From positions 992,001 through 1,056,000 of the forward strand of contig CM035352.1 in assembly GCA_020137815.1 (NCBI GenBank): a stretch of DNA of 64,000 nt. Direction: 5' to 3'. Each line of letters begins with the position of its first letter. Position 1 is the stretch's first letter. The notes below the pieces were generated by a model that saw nothing but the letters and a program-made list of their open reading frames with translations, searched no databases and was not told the origin of the DNA. Shown here piece after piece: positions 1 to 23,225 of this stretch. This stretch comes from Hormiphora californensis (taxonomy: Eukaryota > Animalia > Ctenophora). The translations under genes and the position numbers were made by a program.

Positions 1-2
1 CC

Positions 3-392
3 ATATTTAGTGGATCAATCGTCACCGTCAACTATGAGATAGACCCGAAGAAAGCCCCTATCACCCTGGCAGTCATCAATGGAGTTGGACAACTTTGTGG
101 GTTCATTGTTCCTCTTCTAAGGGCAGCTATAACTAATGTAGAGAAGCATCTCCCGCTGTATAAGGAGCGGTGGCAGCAGTTCTACTGTTTGACAGCCATC
201 ACTTCGACCCTAGCCATGATGGCCATACTACTTGGGATGCAGCTCCGACCGAACGAGTGGAAGAAACACCACTCACTTCTGGCGGAGGAGACGGTCAAGA
301 AGGAGGTGAAGGGATTCGTAAATCTCGCCATAGAGGCAGAACCAACACGGGGAGAATCAATTGTCATGGAGAACAAAGCTGCACTGTATTGA
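3..392 (+). CDS. SLC17/sialin-like MFS transporter, last exon (5' part outside window)
   Basis: Frame 3 is open: IFSGSIVTVNYEIDPKKAPITLAVINGVGQLCGFIVP...RWQQFYCLTA...AALY*. This resembles the SLC17 C-terminal NHLDIAP...GIxNTxG...P...W segment. Confidence 0.75.
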   Translation: MFSGSIVTVNYEIDPKKAPITLAVINGVGQLCGFIVPLLRAAITNVEKHLPLYKERWQQFYCLTAITSTLAMMAILLGMQLRPNEWKKHHSLLAEETVKKEVKGFVNLAIEAEPTRGESIVMENKAALY

Positions 393-555
393 GGACTGTT
401 AATGAACATGTATCACATCTATATAATATATATGCATGAATACAGAATTTGAAGTTTTTAGTTTTATTTTGAGACATCACTAGAATACAACCATGAAAGA
501 TTGGTTATAAAGGTAGCTAGATATAATAATAAGTATACCTAAATATCTTGTAGCT

Positions 556-2428
556 ATGATTTTGAATTGCTTAAAAGACCGGTTTCGCTATGTTGGATTT
601 ATGCTGACGATGATAACACTTTTCACAGATTTCTCTTCAAGGTACAGTTACAGTTACTGTAATAATAATACGTAAAATTACTAGTAATTTTACAAGTAAC
701 ACTGAATTGTATCTGATTATGATAGGGATCCCTAAAAAAGTTCAGTATTTACACAGAGTTTACACAGTCTTTACTCAGTCGTTACACCCAGAGCGCCCGC
801 GCCGCTCTGGGTGTAACGACTGCGTCTTTCGCACTCGATTTGCAGCGTTTTTGGAAACTTTCTTCGCCGCAGCGCTCAATTTTGTCAATTGTGCAGCACA
901 CAATCCAATATTTTCTTGGAAAAAGCCACTGTGCGCAGCACGCGCCGCTCTGGGTGTAACGACTGAGTAAAGACTGTGTAAACTCTGTGTAAATACTGAA
1001 CTTTTTTAGGGATCCCTATATGATGATGATGTTGCTCACTTTTCAGATCAGCCATTACATTGACCATGATCGGTGGGATGGTAAAGAAAGACTGTGACGA
1101 TCCATCTGACGAGGGAGAGTTCTGTTGGTCAGAGGAAACCAAGGCTGCCATGATAGGAGCTTACTACTACGGCTATGTCTTTCAGTTTATTCCTGCTACC
1201 ATCGGTCGAAAATACGGTAATTAAACCTGGCACTGATTGGTAGCAACAATCACAAGATTGTTTCTTTTCAGGTTTCAACATCATGCTAAGGATAAACCTG
1301 GCAATATCCGCTATCGTTCAATTTACATGTCCATGGTCTGCAGCCTTATCACCGGCCCTAGCTATTGTACTCCAGGTAATGAAGTGTCAAGTGATCTTTA
1401 GAACTCTCGACCCCCACCTTAATTTCAGACTCATTTATTCTCCTCAATAGGCTGTGAGAGGGTTTTCCGCAGGAATTATCATGCCAAACACTCTGGATTT
1501 TGCGAGAATTTGGGGAATTGGATCAGAGGGCTCGGCTGTCATTTCTTTTATGGGTAACATACAAATTACTTACAGTTTACTGAATAATTTCAAAGCGATC
1601 CGCGATAACACTTTCAACTTATTTTAGGTGCTGCTATTATTCTCGGTTTAAATATTGGTCCCACGATTGGCGGGCTACTAACTATAACATTTGGCTGGCG
1701 ATACTACTTTGTGATCAATGGTTTACAGTACCTGATATTGTTTATTTTCTTCACTACTCTCATTCCCAGCGAACCTACCGAAGCAAGGTAATTGCCAATT
1801 GTTATAGAAAGCATCAATACAATAGGGTTTTATAGGCGACAGAGTTATTCGTAATGAGGAGTCAGTTTGTTAATGTTTCACTGACCCCTCAATATATATT
1901 ATATTGATCTACATCATAATATCATGACGTCATTAATTTCAGGTTCATGTCAGAAAAAGAAAAGGAGTTGTTCAGAAAGAAACAGGTCATGTTGAAGGAG
2001 GTGGCGGCCAAGGAAGCTGAAAAACGAAAGTCAGAAAATAACCTCAAGGAGAGCTCCCTTAGGTTCGCCCTGACAAAAGGCTACCTATATTCCTTCTGCA
2101 TTTACATGCACGCTGCCAGTTTTACAACCAACGCCTCCTGTGTCATAATGCCCTTTTACATGAATGATGTGCAGGGTGCTAGTACTAAACTTCTATCTTA
2201 CCTCCAAATCGTGGTTGGTATAGTTGGTGCAGCGAGTGCGATCATTTTCAAACGGCTATTACCACTCATAGATAGAAGAGTTTCGTGGGAGGTGTGTCGG
2301 AGTGCTTTTCTTTACGGCCTACTAGTGGCAAGGTTTGCTATATTTCTCCTGTTAGTGTACACTGACCATCTGTACGTGACAGTGGTACTCCAGTGCCTTC
2401 AGTACCTTGGAACTGTGTCTACAATGCC
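556..2428 (+). CDS. SLC17/sialin-like MFS transporter, multi-exon, truncated by assembly gap
   Basis: Spliced protein MILNCLKDRFRYVGFMLTMITLFTDFSSR|SAITLTM...FCWSEETKAAMIGAYYYGY...IGRKYG|...|AVRGFSAG...|...FGWRYYF... with GT-AG introns. It runs into the N gap. Confidence 0.8.
725..1016. mobile_element. MITE with ~72-bp terminal inverted repeats, TA-flanked, in SLC17 intron 1
   Basis: GGGATCCCTAAAAAAGTTCAG...CCCAGAGCG is mirrored at the right end. TA lies at 723-724 and 1017-1018. Confidence 0.85.
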
Positions 2429-2528
2429 NNNNNNNNNNNNNNNNNNNNNNNNNNNNNNNNNNNNNNNNNNNNNNNNNNNNNNNNNNNNNNNNNNNNNNNN
2501 NNNNNNNNNNNNNNNNNNNNNNNNNNNN
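2429..2528. other. Assembly gap (100 N)
   Basis: Run of N. Confidence 1.
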
Positions 2529-3955
2529 GACCCCCGAGAAAAAAGGAAAAGAAAAGAAGAAAGGAGCGGAAGAGGCCCAAGGAAAGAAAGAAAAGTCGGG
2601 GGCACATGGCTGGAAAGAGGGGGGGTTTGGGAAAGAAAGAGGAAGAGAGGGAAAAAGGAAGGGAAAAGACTTTTTTTTGAGGATGTGTGAAGAAGGGGAA
2701 GATAAGAAAGAAAGGAAAAAATTAAAACAAACGAAATTATTAAAGGGAGATAAAAAATTTTTTTTTCCCTTCTTCCACATTTTTACTCCTTCCCCCCCTT
2801 TTTTTCCCCCTCCCCCCTTTTTACTTAAGGAGGAGAAGGGGTGGGAAAATAAAGAGAGTTGGAAAAACGAAAAGGAAAGTAAAACCCAAAACAAACCCAC
2901 CCCACAAAGACGTTCCAAGGACGAGAAAGAAAGAGGGGGGGGGAGAGAAAATGAGGGAGAATGGAAAGGAAATGAAAAGGAAAGGGGGAGGAAAGAGGAA
3001 GAAAAGGAGGAGGAGAAGAAAGGGGGAAAAGGGAGAAGAAGGGGAACAGGATGGCCCCGGGAAAAGAAAGGGATAGGAGCCCCCCTTTTTTTTTTTCCCC
3101 CCCCCCCCCTTATCCCTCTCTCTCTCCCTCTCCCCCTCCCTCTCTCTCCCCTCCCTTCCCCCCAAAGGTAATAAGCCTTTTCCCTGAGGGGGAAAATTTC
3201 TTTTTGGGTTTTTATTTTACTGTAATGTTTAAAAAAGAATTTTAAAAGGGAGAAATAAAATTTAAAAGAAAAAAAGAGGAAAAAAGAAGAAAAAATCACC
3301 GATCGCTCAGAAAGATAACTCATCGATTGAGTTAAGATCAGAGAACAATATTGGCAGGATATTGTCATCAAAAAGCCCCCTCTTTTTTGACATGATTTGC
3401 ACACATTTTGAAACCGTTATCTATCACCTGTAATATACACCTATCTCTATCTGCCTTAAAGGAATTCCCATACAAAAAACCCACATGAATGATTCTTTAT
3501 ATACTATATCTAAAAATTTTCCTCTCTCTCTTTCAGTTTTCCCAGTCTAGAGTAGAGGCAGTGTAGTGAAAAGAGACGGATTGCAAACAATTTCAAACGT
3601 GCAAAAACTTTCCCAGGGGAAAAAAATTAAAATTTGAAAAAAAAAAGGGGGGGGGGCCCCCCCACTCTCTCTTCTATCATTTTGTGTGCATGTGTGCTTG
3701 TTACAGCGGAACTAAAATACCATACACCATGGAAAATGAAGGGAATGATAGAATAGTTCTTTTTTTCCTTGTCTCCCTCTGTCTCTCAGCACATAATTCA
3801 AAAACTAAACTGATATAGTCCAACACGTATTTATTTAGACACAATTTGAGGTTGTAAATTTTAGTCGAAATTTCCCGAAACTTAGTTAAACCCATTTCCC
3901 GTACATTTTGACTTTCGTGCGTCACAGTTGTGAGTTGATGTACACTTTACCTGTT

Positions 3956-4145
<190 letters not shown>

Positions 4146-4652
4146 CCACACACACAATAATATGACACCACAAGCTATCACATGAGAAAGTGAGGCGTGT
4201 CATGTGGGAAATGTTTAAAAACAGGACAGGATTGGAATTCCTGCGTTGTGTGGCTCACACCGCATTTTATTTCTGTTCGGCAGATCAATTCCTTCCTTCC
4301 AGTTTTTATTTGCGGGTATCACATTCCCACTCACCGTCAATTTGATCAACACACATTACACACAGTTTCCATTCCCGTAGTGTGCTGCACAATGCATAGA
4401 GAGAGAGAGAGAGAGGAAATGTGTACATGTGCGGTTGAATTATGTTTCAGAGAGAGAATGAGGGATAGAGAGAGAAAAAGAGATAGAGCGATAGAGAGAG
4501 AGAGAAAAAGAGATAGAGAGAGAAAGTTGTGAAAGGAAGTGGTGACACCATGTACTAACTTCTTCACACACACTGCGTGTCTGTACTGTAGACACCTATA
4601 ACTCAGCACACTATGTTTACCACCCATTACCTAGTTATCTTCTCCCCACCAG

Positions 4653-5351
4653 GCTATTGAAAAGAACGCTCTGCTGGAGAACGAAGTTGAGGACAAGGCA
4701 AGTCTTCAAGTCATGGTACAGAGACTCAAGGATGAGTCAAGAGGTAACTTAACGTAGGGCGCGCGGGTTTCTTTCTTGTGCTAGCGTCACTTTCCAGTGC
4801 GCGCACAGATTCGCGCGTCGCTCTATCGCAACCCATCGATTGCATGCCCAATTTGCCCGCCCAAAATGACCCCATGTAACCCCCTCTCCCCTCCCCAGAT
4901 TTGCATACGGAGTTGTCCACGATACGCCGAAAGTCCTTCCACAAGAAGGCTAGTTCAGCGGCCGCAGTTGACCAGCCCTCAACCCCTGAAACACCGCCTC
5001 CCAATTTCGTTAATGGAATCCCTATCTCCAGTTCCGCCAAGATTTCAGCTCTCAATATTGTTGGAGATCTACTTCGCAAAGTCTCAGTTAGTACAGCTTC
5101 CATACTATCTGAATTAGCAGAAGAGTCACTGTCCCAAAAGTGATGTTTTACTAATCCTCTGAACCTCCCACCAGGCTCTCGAAACGAAACTGGCATCGTG
5201 TAGAAACATAGTACGAGAGCCGACCAGCAAAGGGCAACTCCGACGATCCTCAATGCTCGGGTCACCCAGAACTCACGCGAAACCACAGCAGACTACGAAC
5301 AATAATTCTGAACAATCGAGTGAACCGGGTGTCATTAAAATATCAGTGTGA
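4653..5351 (+). CDS. NDE1: NDE1/NDEL1 (NudE) 3' exons: 4653-4743, 4899-5086, ~5174-5351
   Basis: AIEKNALLENEVEDKASLQVMVQRLKDESR and SAKISALNIVGDLLRK|ALETKLASCR match NudE family motifs. The 5' exons probably lie in the garbled region 2529-3700. Confidence 0.9.
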
Positions 5352-5415
5352 ACCCTTTCTTTTTATGTTCCCCCTTTCTACATCATGATGATACACGACA
5401 CAATCCCACACACAC

Positions 5416-5416
<1 letters not shown>

Positions 5417-5494
<78 letters not shown>
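5417..5494. repeat. (AG)n microsatellite
   Basis: Direct reading. Confidence 0.95.
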
Positions 5495-5498
<4 letters not shown>

Positions 5499-6224
5499 AA
5501 AGAGTTAGGAGGGTGAGTGAGAGAGTCAAGGAGAGAGCGAGAGAGAAAGTGAGAGAAAGTTGTCTGTTTTTTCTCTTGTATTTGTTTCATAGACACATGA
5601 AAAGCACAAATTGTGTAACTCCGATTGGTAAATACTGTTTAGTAAAACTCCAAGTTTGTGTGTTTCAATTTTCAAATGGATAAATAACAATAAACGGGGT
5701 CAAAATAATGATAAATAGCTGATTTACAATTACTCTCTGCCTCTATAATACATAAACAAATATACAGATAGACAGGTCTACTGCTGCAGTTACATCAATA
5801 AAAACAACTGCCGCGATGGTCACACGAACGTTCAAACAGACAAAACACCCAGTGTATGTTGGTTTGTGTGTGTACATTTGCGCGCCGATCAGTCCATTCT
5901 CACGACATCGCGCGTTCCCTACATGATGCATCTCAACACAACAGGTCGCACTTCACAAATATGATGTTCACTTTGACTTTGAGGTGTGTGTTGTCAGACA
6001 CTGACTGTACACTTCGGCCCGGTGCGAAGAGGACGGTCTTATATGAGACAAGGTGTGAGGTATTGCTCTTGCAAAGCTAGACTGCCTTTCGCGAGCCCCG
6101 CATAAATGTAAAGGGAGGGTTTATTAGAACATAACAATATTGCTCTACAAAATGTACTTCATTATAAATGTACTTCATTCGTGAGATGTATAGCACTGGT
6201 ATTGTTCTTCAGTCTCTGTAAGAT

Positions 6225-16206
<9,982 letters not shown>

Positions 16207-16443
16207 ATTTAGCAGCTGTGGAAATATTTGTTAATTGAAACTTTTTATTCTGTTGCATTAAAAGAGTTTAACAAAACTTAAGAAAATAATGCCAGTTTGT
16301 TACAAAAAGGAATTAAAATTAATTCAAAACATTAAAACATCAAACACTGGTCACTGCATTTCAAAACAAATTTCAAAATACTCCCCAACTACTAAAACTT
16401 CATCATCAACAATTACTACTACTACTGCACACGTCATCTACAA

Positions 16444-17498
16444 CTACAACTTCATCTGCTTCAACTGCAAATTATTTACTAAGTCTATTCGGGAAGACTG
16501 AAGAGAATACAGTCCCTGTGCGACATAACACAGCACTTTCTACCCCTCACACTCTCTACCAAGTCACCCCCTTGTCTCTCCAACCTCTTCAATATCTCCA
16601 CACCTGACAGGAATTAACATTATTATTATTACCCTTATTTGGACATGAAACAATAAGACCATATATGGCAATATACCTGTAGATACAAAGAGAGCAGCGG
16701 TGTTCTTCCTTGCAACAAGATTATCCAGGAAATATGTAACACAGCAGGGGGGAAGGATGCCACAGTAACAAGACAGGACGGCATTCCTCAGCCCCTCCCT
16801 CAAACTCCTCCCCCTCCTAACACCCCTCACAGTCTCACATCCCATGAGCTGTCCAACAACCTCATCTACAACGTTACCAACCTTCCCCAGAATAGCATCA
16901 ACGATAAAGAACTGGTCCTCTAAGGGGAGGGTATCCAGTAGGGTAATAACATGTTCCACCAGCCTGAGACAGGCCTTACTGGCAGGTCCCTCCCATTCCC
17001 CCGCGGGACTACCCTCCATGGTTAGCTGAGAGGTGTTGATGAGGTGCAGACTGTACAGGTACAGGGCGGGGCCATCATCCGAGGTGTGGAGGATTAGTTC
17101 GGCAGTTTTAGTTAGCACACTCCATTGTTCCTCTCTCTGCTGCCGGGCGTGCAGTCGAACTGTCTTGTACTGGGGCACAATACCTGATGAAAGTGAAGGT
17201 TTTAGTGGGTTTTAGACTCTATCTAGTGGACTTTTAGTGGGGTTCTAGTTGGGGTTTAGATGCGAGTTTAGTGGAAACTGGAGCTCATTGGTGTGTGAGA
17301 GTTTATCACGCAATGTAACTTACGTAAAACAAATTGCCACAGTTGTGCCCTATTCTGAGCCTTGCTCCGAGATGACTCTAGTAGGCACGCCTCAATCCCC
17401 TTTAAGTCAATCTCCTCAGACTGTAGTTGCTCCTTCCGGTGGCGAGATACCCCCAAACTGTTGAGGTAGTTGGTCCTGAAATCCTTTTCTACCGTCAT
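16444..17498 (-). CDS. TBC1D7: TBC1 domain family member 7 (TSC complex subunit)
   Basis: MTVEKDFRTNYLNSLG...RAQLWQFVL|RIVPQYK...REEQW...CYCGILP...FVSTG|VEIL parallels the TBC1D7 motifs NFRSVYYEKVG...RALVWKVLLGILP...RKEQY...CFAGCLP...FVAVEIL. The last-exon boundary is less certain. Confidence 0.8.
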
Positions 17499-18010
17499 TA
17501 TTGTTGAGGCATTCTGAGGGAGGGAGGGCTGATTTCCCGGGTATGTTATCTGTTACCAAATGTACTCGGTTACTCCAATTGATTGTACTGTATACACGAA
17601 ACTTGCGTTTGTACACTGTAGCTAAGGGGTTGCTAAGTTGCTAAGTAACTTAGCAACTTAGCAATCCCTTAGCAACCCCTATATCAACTGTACACTGTAC
17701 AGTTGATAAGCTATTAGCTGTTAGATGAGACAAGAAAGAGAGTACTTCCATTTTACAGGGGAAAAAAGTATTACAACTTCCATATGGAATTTCAGGGGTA
17801 ATTTAATCAAACACAACTACCTACTATAATACATCATTTAGAAAATCTCCACACCAGCTAAAAAATTAAACCAAGTCTTCAAAAACAACTTCAAAAACAA
17901 CTTTACAGTCCTTACTTCACCATATATATGGGCATCACACAACACCATATATGGGCATCACACAACACCATATATGGGCATCACACAACACCAAATACGG
18001 TCATTTCTTT

Positions 18011-19690
18011 CTACAGTTCCAGGTTGTATTTCTTATGGCGGGAGGTTCTTTTGAAAATCGCGGGTTTGTGGTCCTTCAAATCAAATTCATCGTGGCCCTC
18101 CCTGTGTGGAGAAAGTTACTAGTCAACTGAATTGGTGCAGATGTGTTCCCTAATACTTGGGTTTCCTGGTACATAACTGATTGGCAGTAATGTCACACCC
18201 CACCTGATTGGTGACGCAGTCACCCCTACAGCACAGTGCGGCTAAACGTAATAGGGATGTCGTTACACACACCCCACCTGATTACATACCTGAAACACCG
18301 CTTGCAGTAGAGATCATTGTCACACTCCGCACACCGCACCTCTGCATCCCTGTTACACACACAGCACCAGGGTAACTCATCCTCCTCCTCCTTCCTTTCT
18401 TCCTCGCCCCCCTCTTTTATCGTCAGATCAGCACCTGATCAAGTAGCAATGAACGGGAATAATGCGATAGCAAACTAATTCAGGCCTGTCATTGTGTTGA
18501 TACAAAGTTACCCCTCCCTTGCCAGCGCGTGAAAGAAGGGTTATTTCGTAACCAAGCTATTATGTACCTGCTCTCATATCGAGTGCTGCTTCCTCAGCGG
18601 TTTTCCTTAACAGATACTCAACCTGCTCAGCTTCAGTCAGGTGGGAGATATCCCTGATACCTGTATTATTAGATAACCCTCGTGCTCCCCCTCCTCCTGC
18701 TGTAATGTGGGTTTAGAGTGGGTTTAGTGTGGGTTTAGAGGGGTTAAGAGTGGGTTTAGTGTGGGTTTAGAGGGGTTTAGTGTGGGTTTAGAGGGGTTAA
18801 GTGTGTGTTTTTAGTTTACGAAGTTACCCCTATTATGCTCGTTGCCAATTTTTTGTTAGATTGTTACCTATAAGGTGCGATGAGCCTTCCTTGAGTGCCC
18901 TCGCCCTTGCTTCTAGATCATCCAACTGGCCACCATCACCACCACCAGTACCATCACCACCAGTACCAGTACCTCCATTATCCAGTCTACATTCTTCATT
19001 CACTTGTTCAACTAGATCATCTACCTGCATTTAGCATTAGGTTGTTTTAAAACAAAAAATAGTTTCTTGCTTTACCCTATCTCACTGTGCCCCTAGTTTG
19101 AACAAAACAAAGAGTTCCCTACCCGATCAGTCATGGGTTTGACATCAACGTAAAGCTGAATAACAGGTTCTCTTGGTGGTGGAGGTCGTCCCATCATTTT
19201 GTTAAGTTTTGATTGGATCTCGTACTCAGATGGCCTCTTGGTAAGCGATCTCTTCTGACCTCCCCGAAGTGCTTTCAGTCTCGTTTCCAGTTCGTCATCG
19301 GTTACAGTTCGGTTTAGTGGCGGCTTTGATGGTCCCCCTCCAATCTCTGGGGAATAGAAGTTGTATTTAGTTACAGCCACTGAATACATTTAAATTGAAA
19401 TTTCTTCTATTTTCTAACTGAAGTAGTGTATCTACCTTCTTTTTGTAGAAATTTTGGTAGGCCAAGAGGGGTAGGATTGGGGTTTTGTGCAGCGGCTTTA
19501 CAGTCAGAGCATACATCGCTCACCAAACATTTTGAACAAACCGAGTGTTTGCATTTTGGACAACACAACTGAAAAAAGTGATCACAGTTTTAAAGTGAAT
19601 AAGCCAGGGTTACGTGTATAATATCCGTTACGGTACCTCACGCGTGAAGAGGCCGAATTTAGTAGAGCATACGAAACACCGGCCATCCAT
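18011..19690 (-). CDS. ZFYVE19: ZFYVE19 (ANCHR) FYVE/B-box zinc-finger protein, multi-exon
   Basis: N-terminus MDGRCFVCSTKFGLFTRE..CPKCKHSVCSKC; central LETRLKALR; C-terminus ELPWCCVCNRDAEVRCAECDNDLYCKRCF|REGHDEFDLKDH. Confidence 0.92.
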
Positions 19691-21020
19691 TGTGTCATTC
19701 TACACAAGAGAAACGTTGTTACAGTGCTACACAGTCTTAGATGCAGAGCTTAGCTGAGGAGATGACAGAAATTGTTTTGACATTCGAGTGCTAACACTCA
19801 AAACACCCAGATAGTAAATTTTAACATTTCCCGCAGAATCCCGTCAAAGCGGAAACAAAAAGAATCCCGGGCGCAATTATAATCTAGGTGCCTTGCAGCA
19901 TGTTTACAGGTGCGTGCTACACTTTGTAACGTGTAAGGGACCAGTTACAGATTTGGAACCGGGCGTCAGTTTCCTGATGGGAGAATTTTTGCACACTGCT
20001 GACAATGAATCCTGCTCAACTCCCCATTCATTATAGCTGTAAATTTAGTCGCGCATTGTAAATTATGACGGCTATAGCCACGCTACCACATGAATCGATA
20101 ACCCTAAAAAAGGCCGTAACCCGTCTCGACCGCCAAAATAGATGAATTGTTAGCAATGGAAGACAGTAGACACCCGTCACCCAGATTTTAAATTTTAAGT
20201 GTTAACTTTGCCCGTCAAAAACGGGCGCCGTTACGATCTGGGTGTTTGGAGGCCTGTTTACAGGTGCACGCTGCCAAAAAAGTTGATTCACTAAAATGGC
20301 TCTACCGCCAAACCACTCAACCGTTTTGGCTGATTCAAAGTTTATATGGTAGGGAATGTCAAGGCCTAACCCAAACCCCAACCCTAACCCTACTTTAGCC
20401 CTAACCCTAAAAAACCGTTTGTCAGCACTCCCAAAACAGCCAGATTTTAACGCTGGCCGTCAAAAACACGAAGAAGGGAAATTTTAAAATTTGCGACTTA
20501 ATTTTAACCGCCGCGCGGCGCACCTCTAATGGTATGGCTCCGCGCGGCGTACATAAGCATCGTTGTTTGATAAAATCGCGCGTTACTGTTATCGAAACAG
20601 ATGGGTCTGGCAAAGTCAAACCAGTCCACACTCGTGCCGAAAATGGGGTGTGGCAGAGCCAAACAAGTCCACTGTTGAAGCGGAATTATACAAGACCGGA
20701 TTGTCAAGTTGGGTGAAGCCGGCCATAACTTAGAAAGAGTTGGCATTTCCAGAAGTGTACACCGTTAGACAAGTTAAAACAACCAATTAACGAACAAAAT
20801 AAATGAATTAAGTCGACAATTAACAAACTAAAGCACTGAAAATTTGAGTCCATAATAACACATCCCCAAATTAATAACTCCTCCATGGCAGACGAGTCAC
20901 TCCAGGATTCATAGATCTTCTTAGACAAGTTTCAGAATTCCCTATCTCTCAGATATCCTGAAACAAGGGGGTTAGAAATTAGGAAACAAACTAAGCAGTC
21001 TACACTTAATTCTAAATAAA

Positions 21021-21119
21021 TTCAGAGTAACTATAACAAATGTTATTCCTCAGTAAGTTTAGCCGGATACAATAACTGTACCACAACCAAATAGGAACAG
21101 ATATAGGATATCATCAGAA
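21021..21119 (-). ncRNA. Box C/D snoRNA, snR63/SNORD46-like (25S Am2256), duplicate copy
   Basis: Boxes C and D present; guide complementary to AGUAACUA(U)GAC; D+5 = A2256. Confidence 0.8.
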
Positions 21120-21291
21120 AAGGTCAGATTGGAACTGAAATCCGATCAACTTACCAGATTGATTTGAGTAAGATGTGGAGAAGAAACCAGGGAACGAAAC
21201 CAATCCTGAGAACTCATTTGATACCTGTGAAATAAAGATTATTAGAAAGGGCCTCCTATCATACAGCATTTGAAATATTAAATTTGAAATG

Positions 21292-21355
21292 TCAGGTTAT
21301 GTAGCCAAAGAATTATCATCAGATGAAGTCTGATTCGTCATCTTGATATCATCAC
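21292..21355 (-). ncRNA. Box C/D snoRNA, snR75-like (25S Gm2288), duplicate copy
   Basis: C GTGATGA; guide AGATGACGA before D' CAGA; second element TTTGGCTAC; D CTGA. Confidence 0.8.
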
Positions 21356-21440
21356 ACTAAACGAACAGACTGACAAAAGGACAAACTAAAACCTACCAAT
21401 TAAGTTAGGAAAATAGAGTTGAGCTTCGCCGGTCGGGCAA

Positions 21441-22352
21441 ATGTGCAGAAAACTTTTTGTGCACGTTACATGTTACAAAGTGTTACAAAGTGTTACATAG
21501 TGTTACAAAGTGTTACATAGTGTTACAAAGTGTTACATAGTGTTACAAAGTGTTACAAAGTGTCACAAAGTGTTACATAGTGTCACAAAGTGTTACAAAT
21601 TGTTACAAAGTGTTACAAATTGTTACAAAAACACAAGGATTTGTAGCGAAGCAAATTTTCAATCTTTGACCAAAAAATTGATTTTGGAAAAATTTTATTT
21701 CTTTTTCCAACAGAAACGTTGTATATCATCTTATTAAGTACAAAGAATCGATTACCAATGAAAAAAGTCGATTGGGTCACAACTCACAGGTGACTCAGCA
21801 CATTGGGGGCCTCTGAGAGGCACAATACTTCTAATACCACTCTAAAAACTTTACCGTTGTCTAAAGTTCATATTTTTCTTTACCAAATGGACTATTTCAG
21901 CCCTGATTTCCACAGTCGATGACATCGGAGGCTCAAAACATCCGCAAATTAGTAAAAAAGTGTATGTTTTAACCCTAGAAATGATTTAAAACTTTTAGAT
22001 GTGTTCTAGAAAGACGCCAAAGTCGTTCAAATTACTTATTCACCAACCGTTGAAAATTTGCTTCGCTACAAATCCTTGTCTTTTGTAACAATTTGTAACA
22101 CTTTGTAACAATTTGTAACACTTTGTAACACTTTGTAACAATTTGTGACACTATGTAACACTATGTAACACTTTGTAACACTATGTAACACTTTGTAACA
22201 CTATGTAACACTTTGTAACACTATGTAACACTTTGTAACACTATGTAACACTTTGTAACACTATGTAACACTATGTAACACTTTGTAACACTATGTAACA
22301 CTTTGTAACATGTGCAGAAAACTTTTTGTGCACGTTACATGTTACAAAGTGT
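21441..22352. mobile_element. Foldback-like element with inverted arms of 10-bp repeats (TGTTACAWAG)
   Basis: Left arm 21466-21662 and right arm 22050-22310 are reverse complements, including a unique ~35-bp inner segment. Confidence 0.8.
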
Positions 22353-22520
22353 GAATATGAATATGAATATGAATATGAACTTCACAATTTATATCGAGTC
22401 AATATAAGAAAATATATGACTCTCCCGCTCTTACACTATACGTATAAAATATAGTTAAAAATTAAGTACATTAATATACGCTACCAGGCCGAGGCTAATA
22501 GCACAACAGCAGTTACCTAA
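22353..22520 (-). mobile_element. Possible 3' end of a non-LTR retroelement with (ATATTC)n tail
   Basis: (GAATAT)4 tail plus a GC stem-loop-like motif ~120 bp inside; no RT ORF seen. Confidence 0.3.
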
Positions 22521-23225
22521 AGCGGGACAAACACACACAGACGAACCAAAGAGACTGGTAACAATGAGCTGAGAGCTAAACGGACAGATAAATTTAACCA
22601 GATTTAATAAATTACTAAAATCGAATAGAAAAAGGCGAATAAGTTAGTTAAAAATACGGTAGTTACAAAACACCACCACATATACACACACACTCACACA
22701 CACACACTCACACACACACACACACACAACTCACACTCAGACTCACACTCACACTTATACCCCAACATCCAAAAAATAAAGACATACACAAAACACAAAT
22801 AAGTTAAGTTAAATAAGTTAATTAAAAAATGGTCATCACACAAGAGAACACAAAGGTGCACACACAAACGGACACAGCATACCTAGACTACTTGGAAACA
22901 GTAAACCATGTTTAGCACACATCGTTAACATAAAAATAGTAAGATTGTCATTGATAAATACGTACTCATCATCACTTTCGAAGTGTTCATTTACAGTCTG
23001 CAGAAATAACTGCACTTTCCGCCGTTTTCGTAACGGTACTCGTTTCTTGTAACTGTTTTCTCCTGGCCCATACTCGGCCAATTCTCTACTACCCTCAGAC
23101 TCTACCCCATATCTCGGTTGCCAAGATCCTACTAACCCATACACCCACCACACACAAACGAACAAGAATAATCACTCAAAAAACCCTAGCTCTGAACAAA
23201 TATGTGAAGGACATCTCTCCTAACT

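Larger units (their letters stand above)
20455..21438 (-). repeat. Duplicated copy of the 3' end of the snoRNA host gene (paralogous to ~23930-25070)
   Basis: Long colinear near-identity ending at GAGCTTCGCCGGTCGGGC in both copies. Confidence 0.9.

Noticed and set aside
2529-3700. Long ORFs (350 aa, 254 aa) in purine/pyrimidine-skewed sequence after the gap
   Set aside because: Homopolymer-rich low-complexity sequence next to an N gap; it looks like poor-quality consensus, probably covering garbled NDE1 5' exons
20365-20410. Telomere or interstitial telomeric repeat (CCCTAA-like)
   Set aside because: Only a few degenerate units; similar runs occur inside the MITE at 53187-53401
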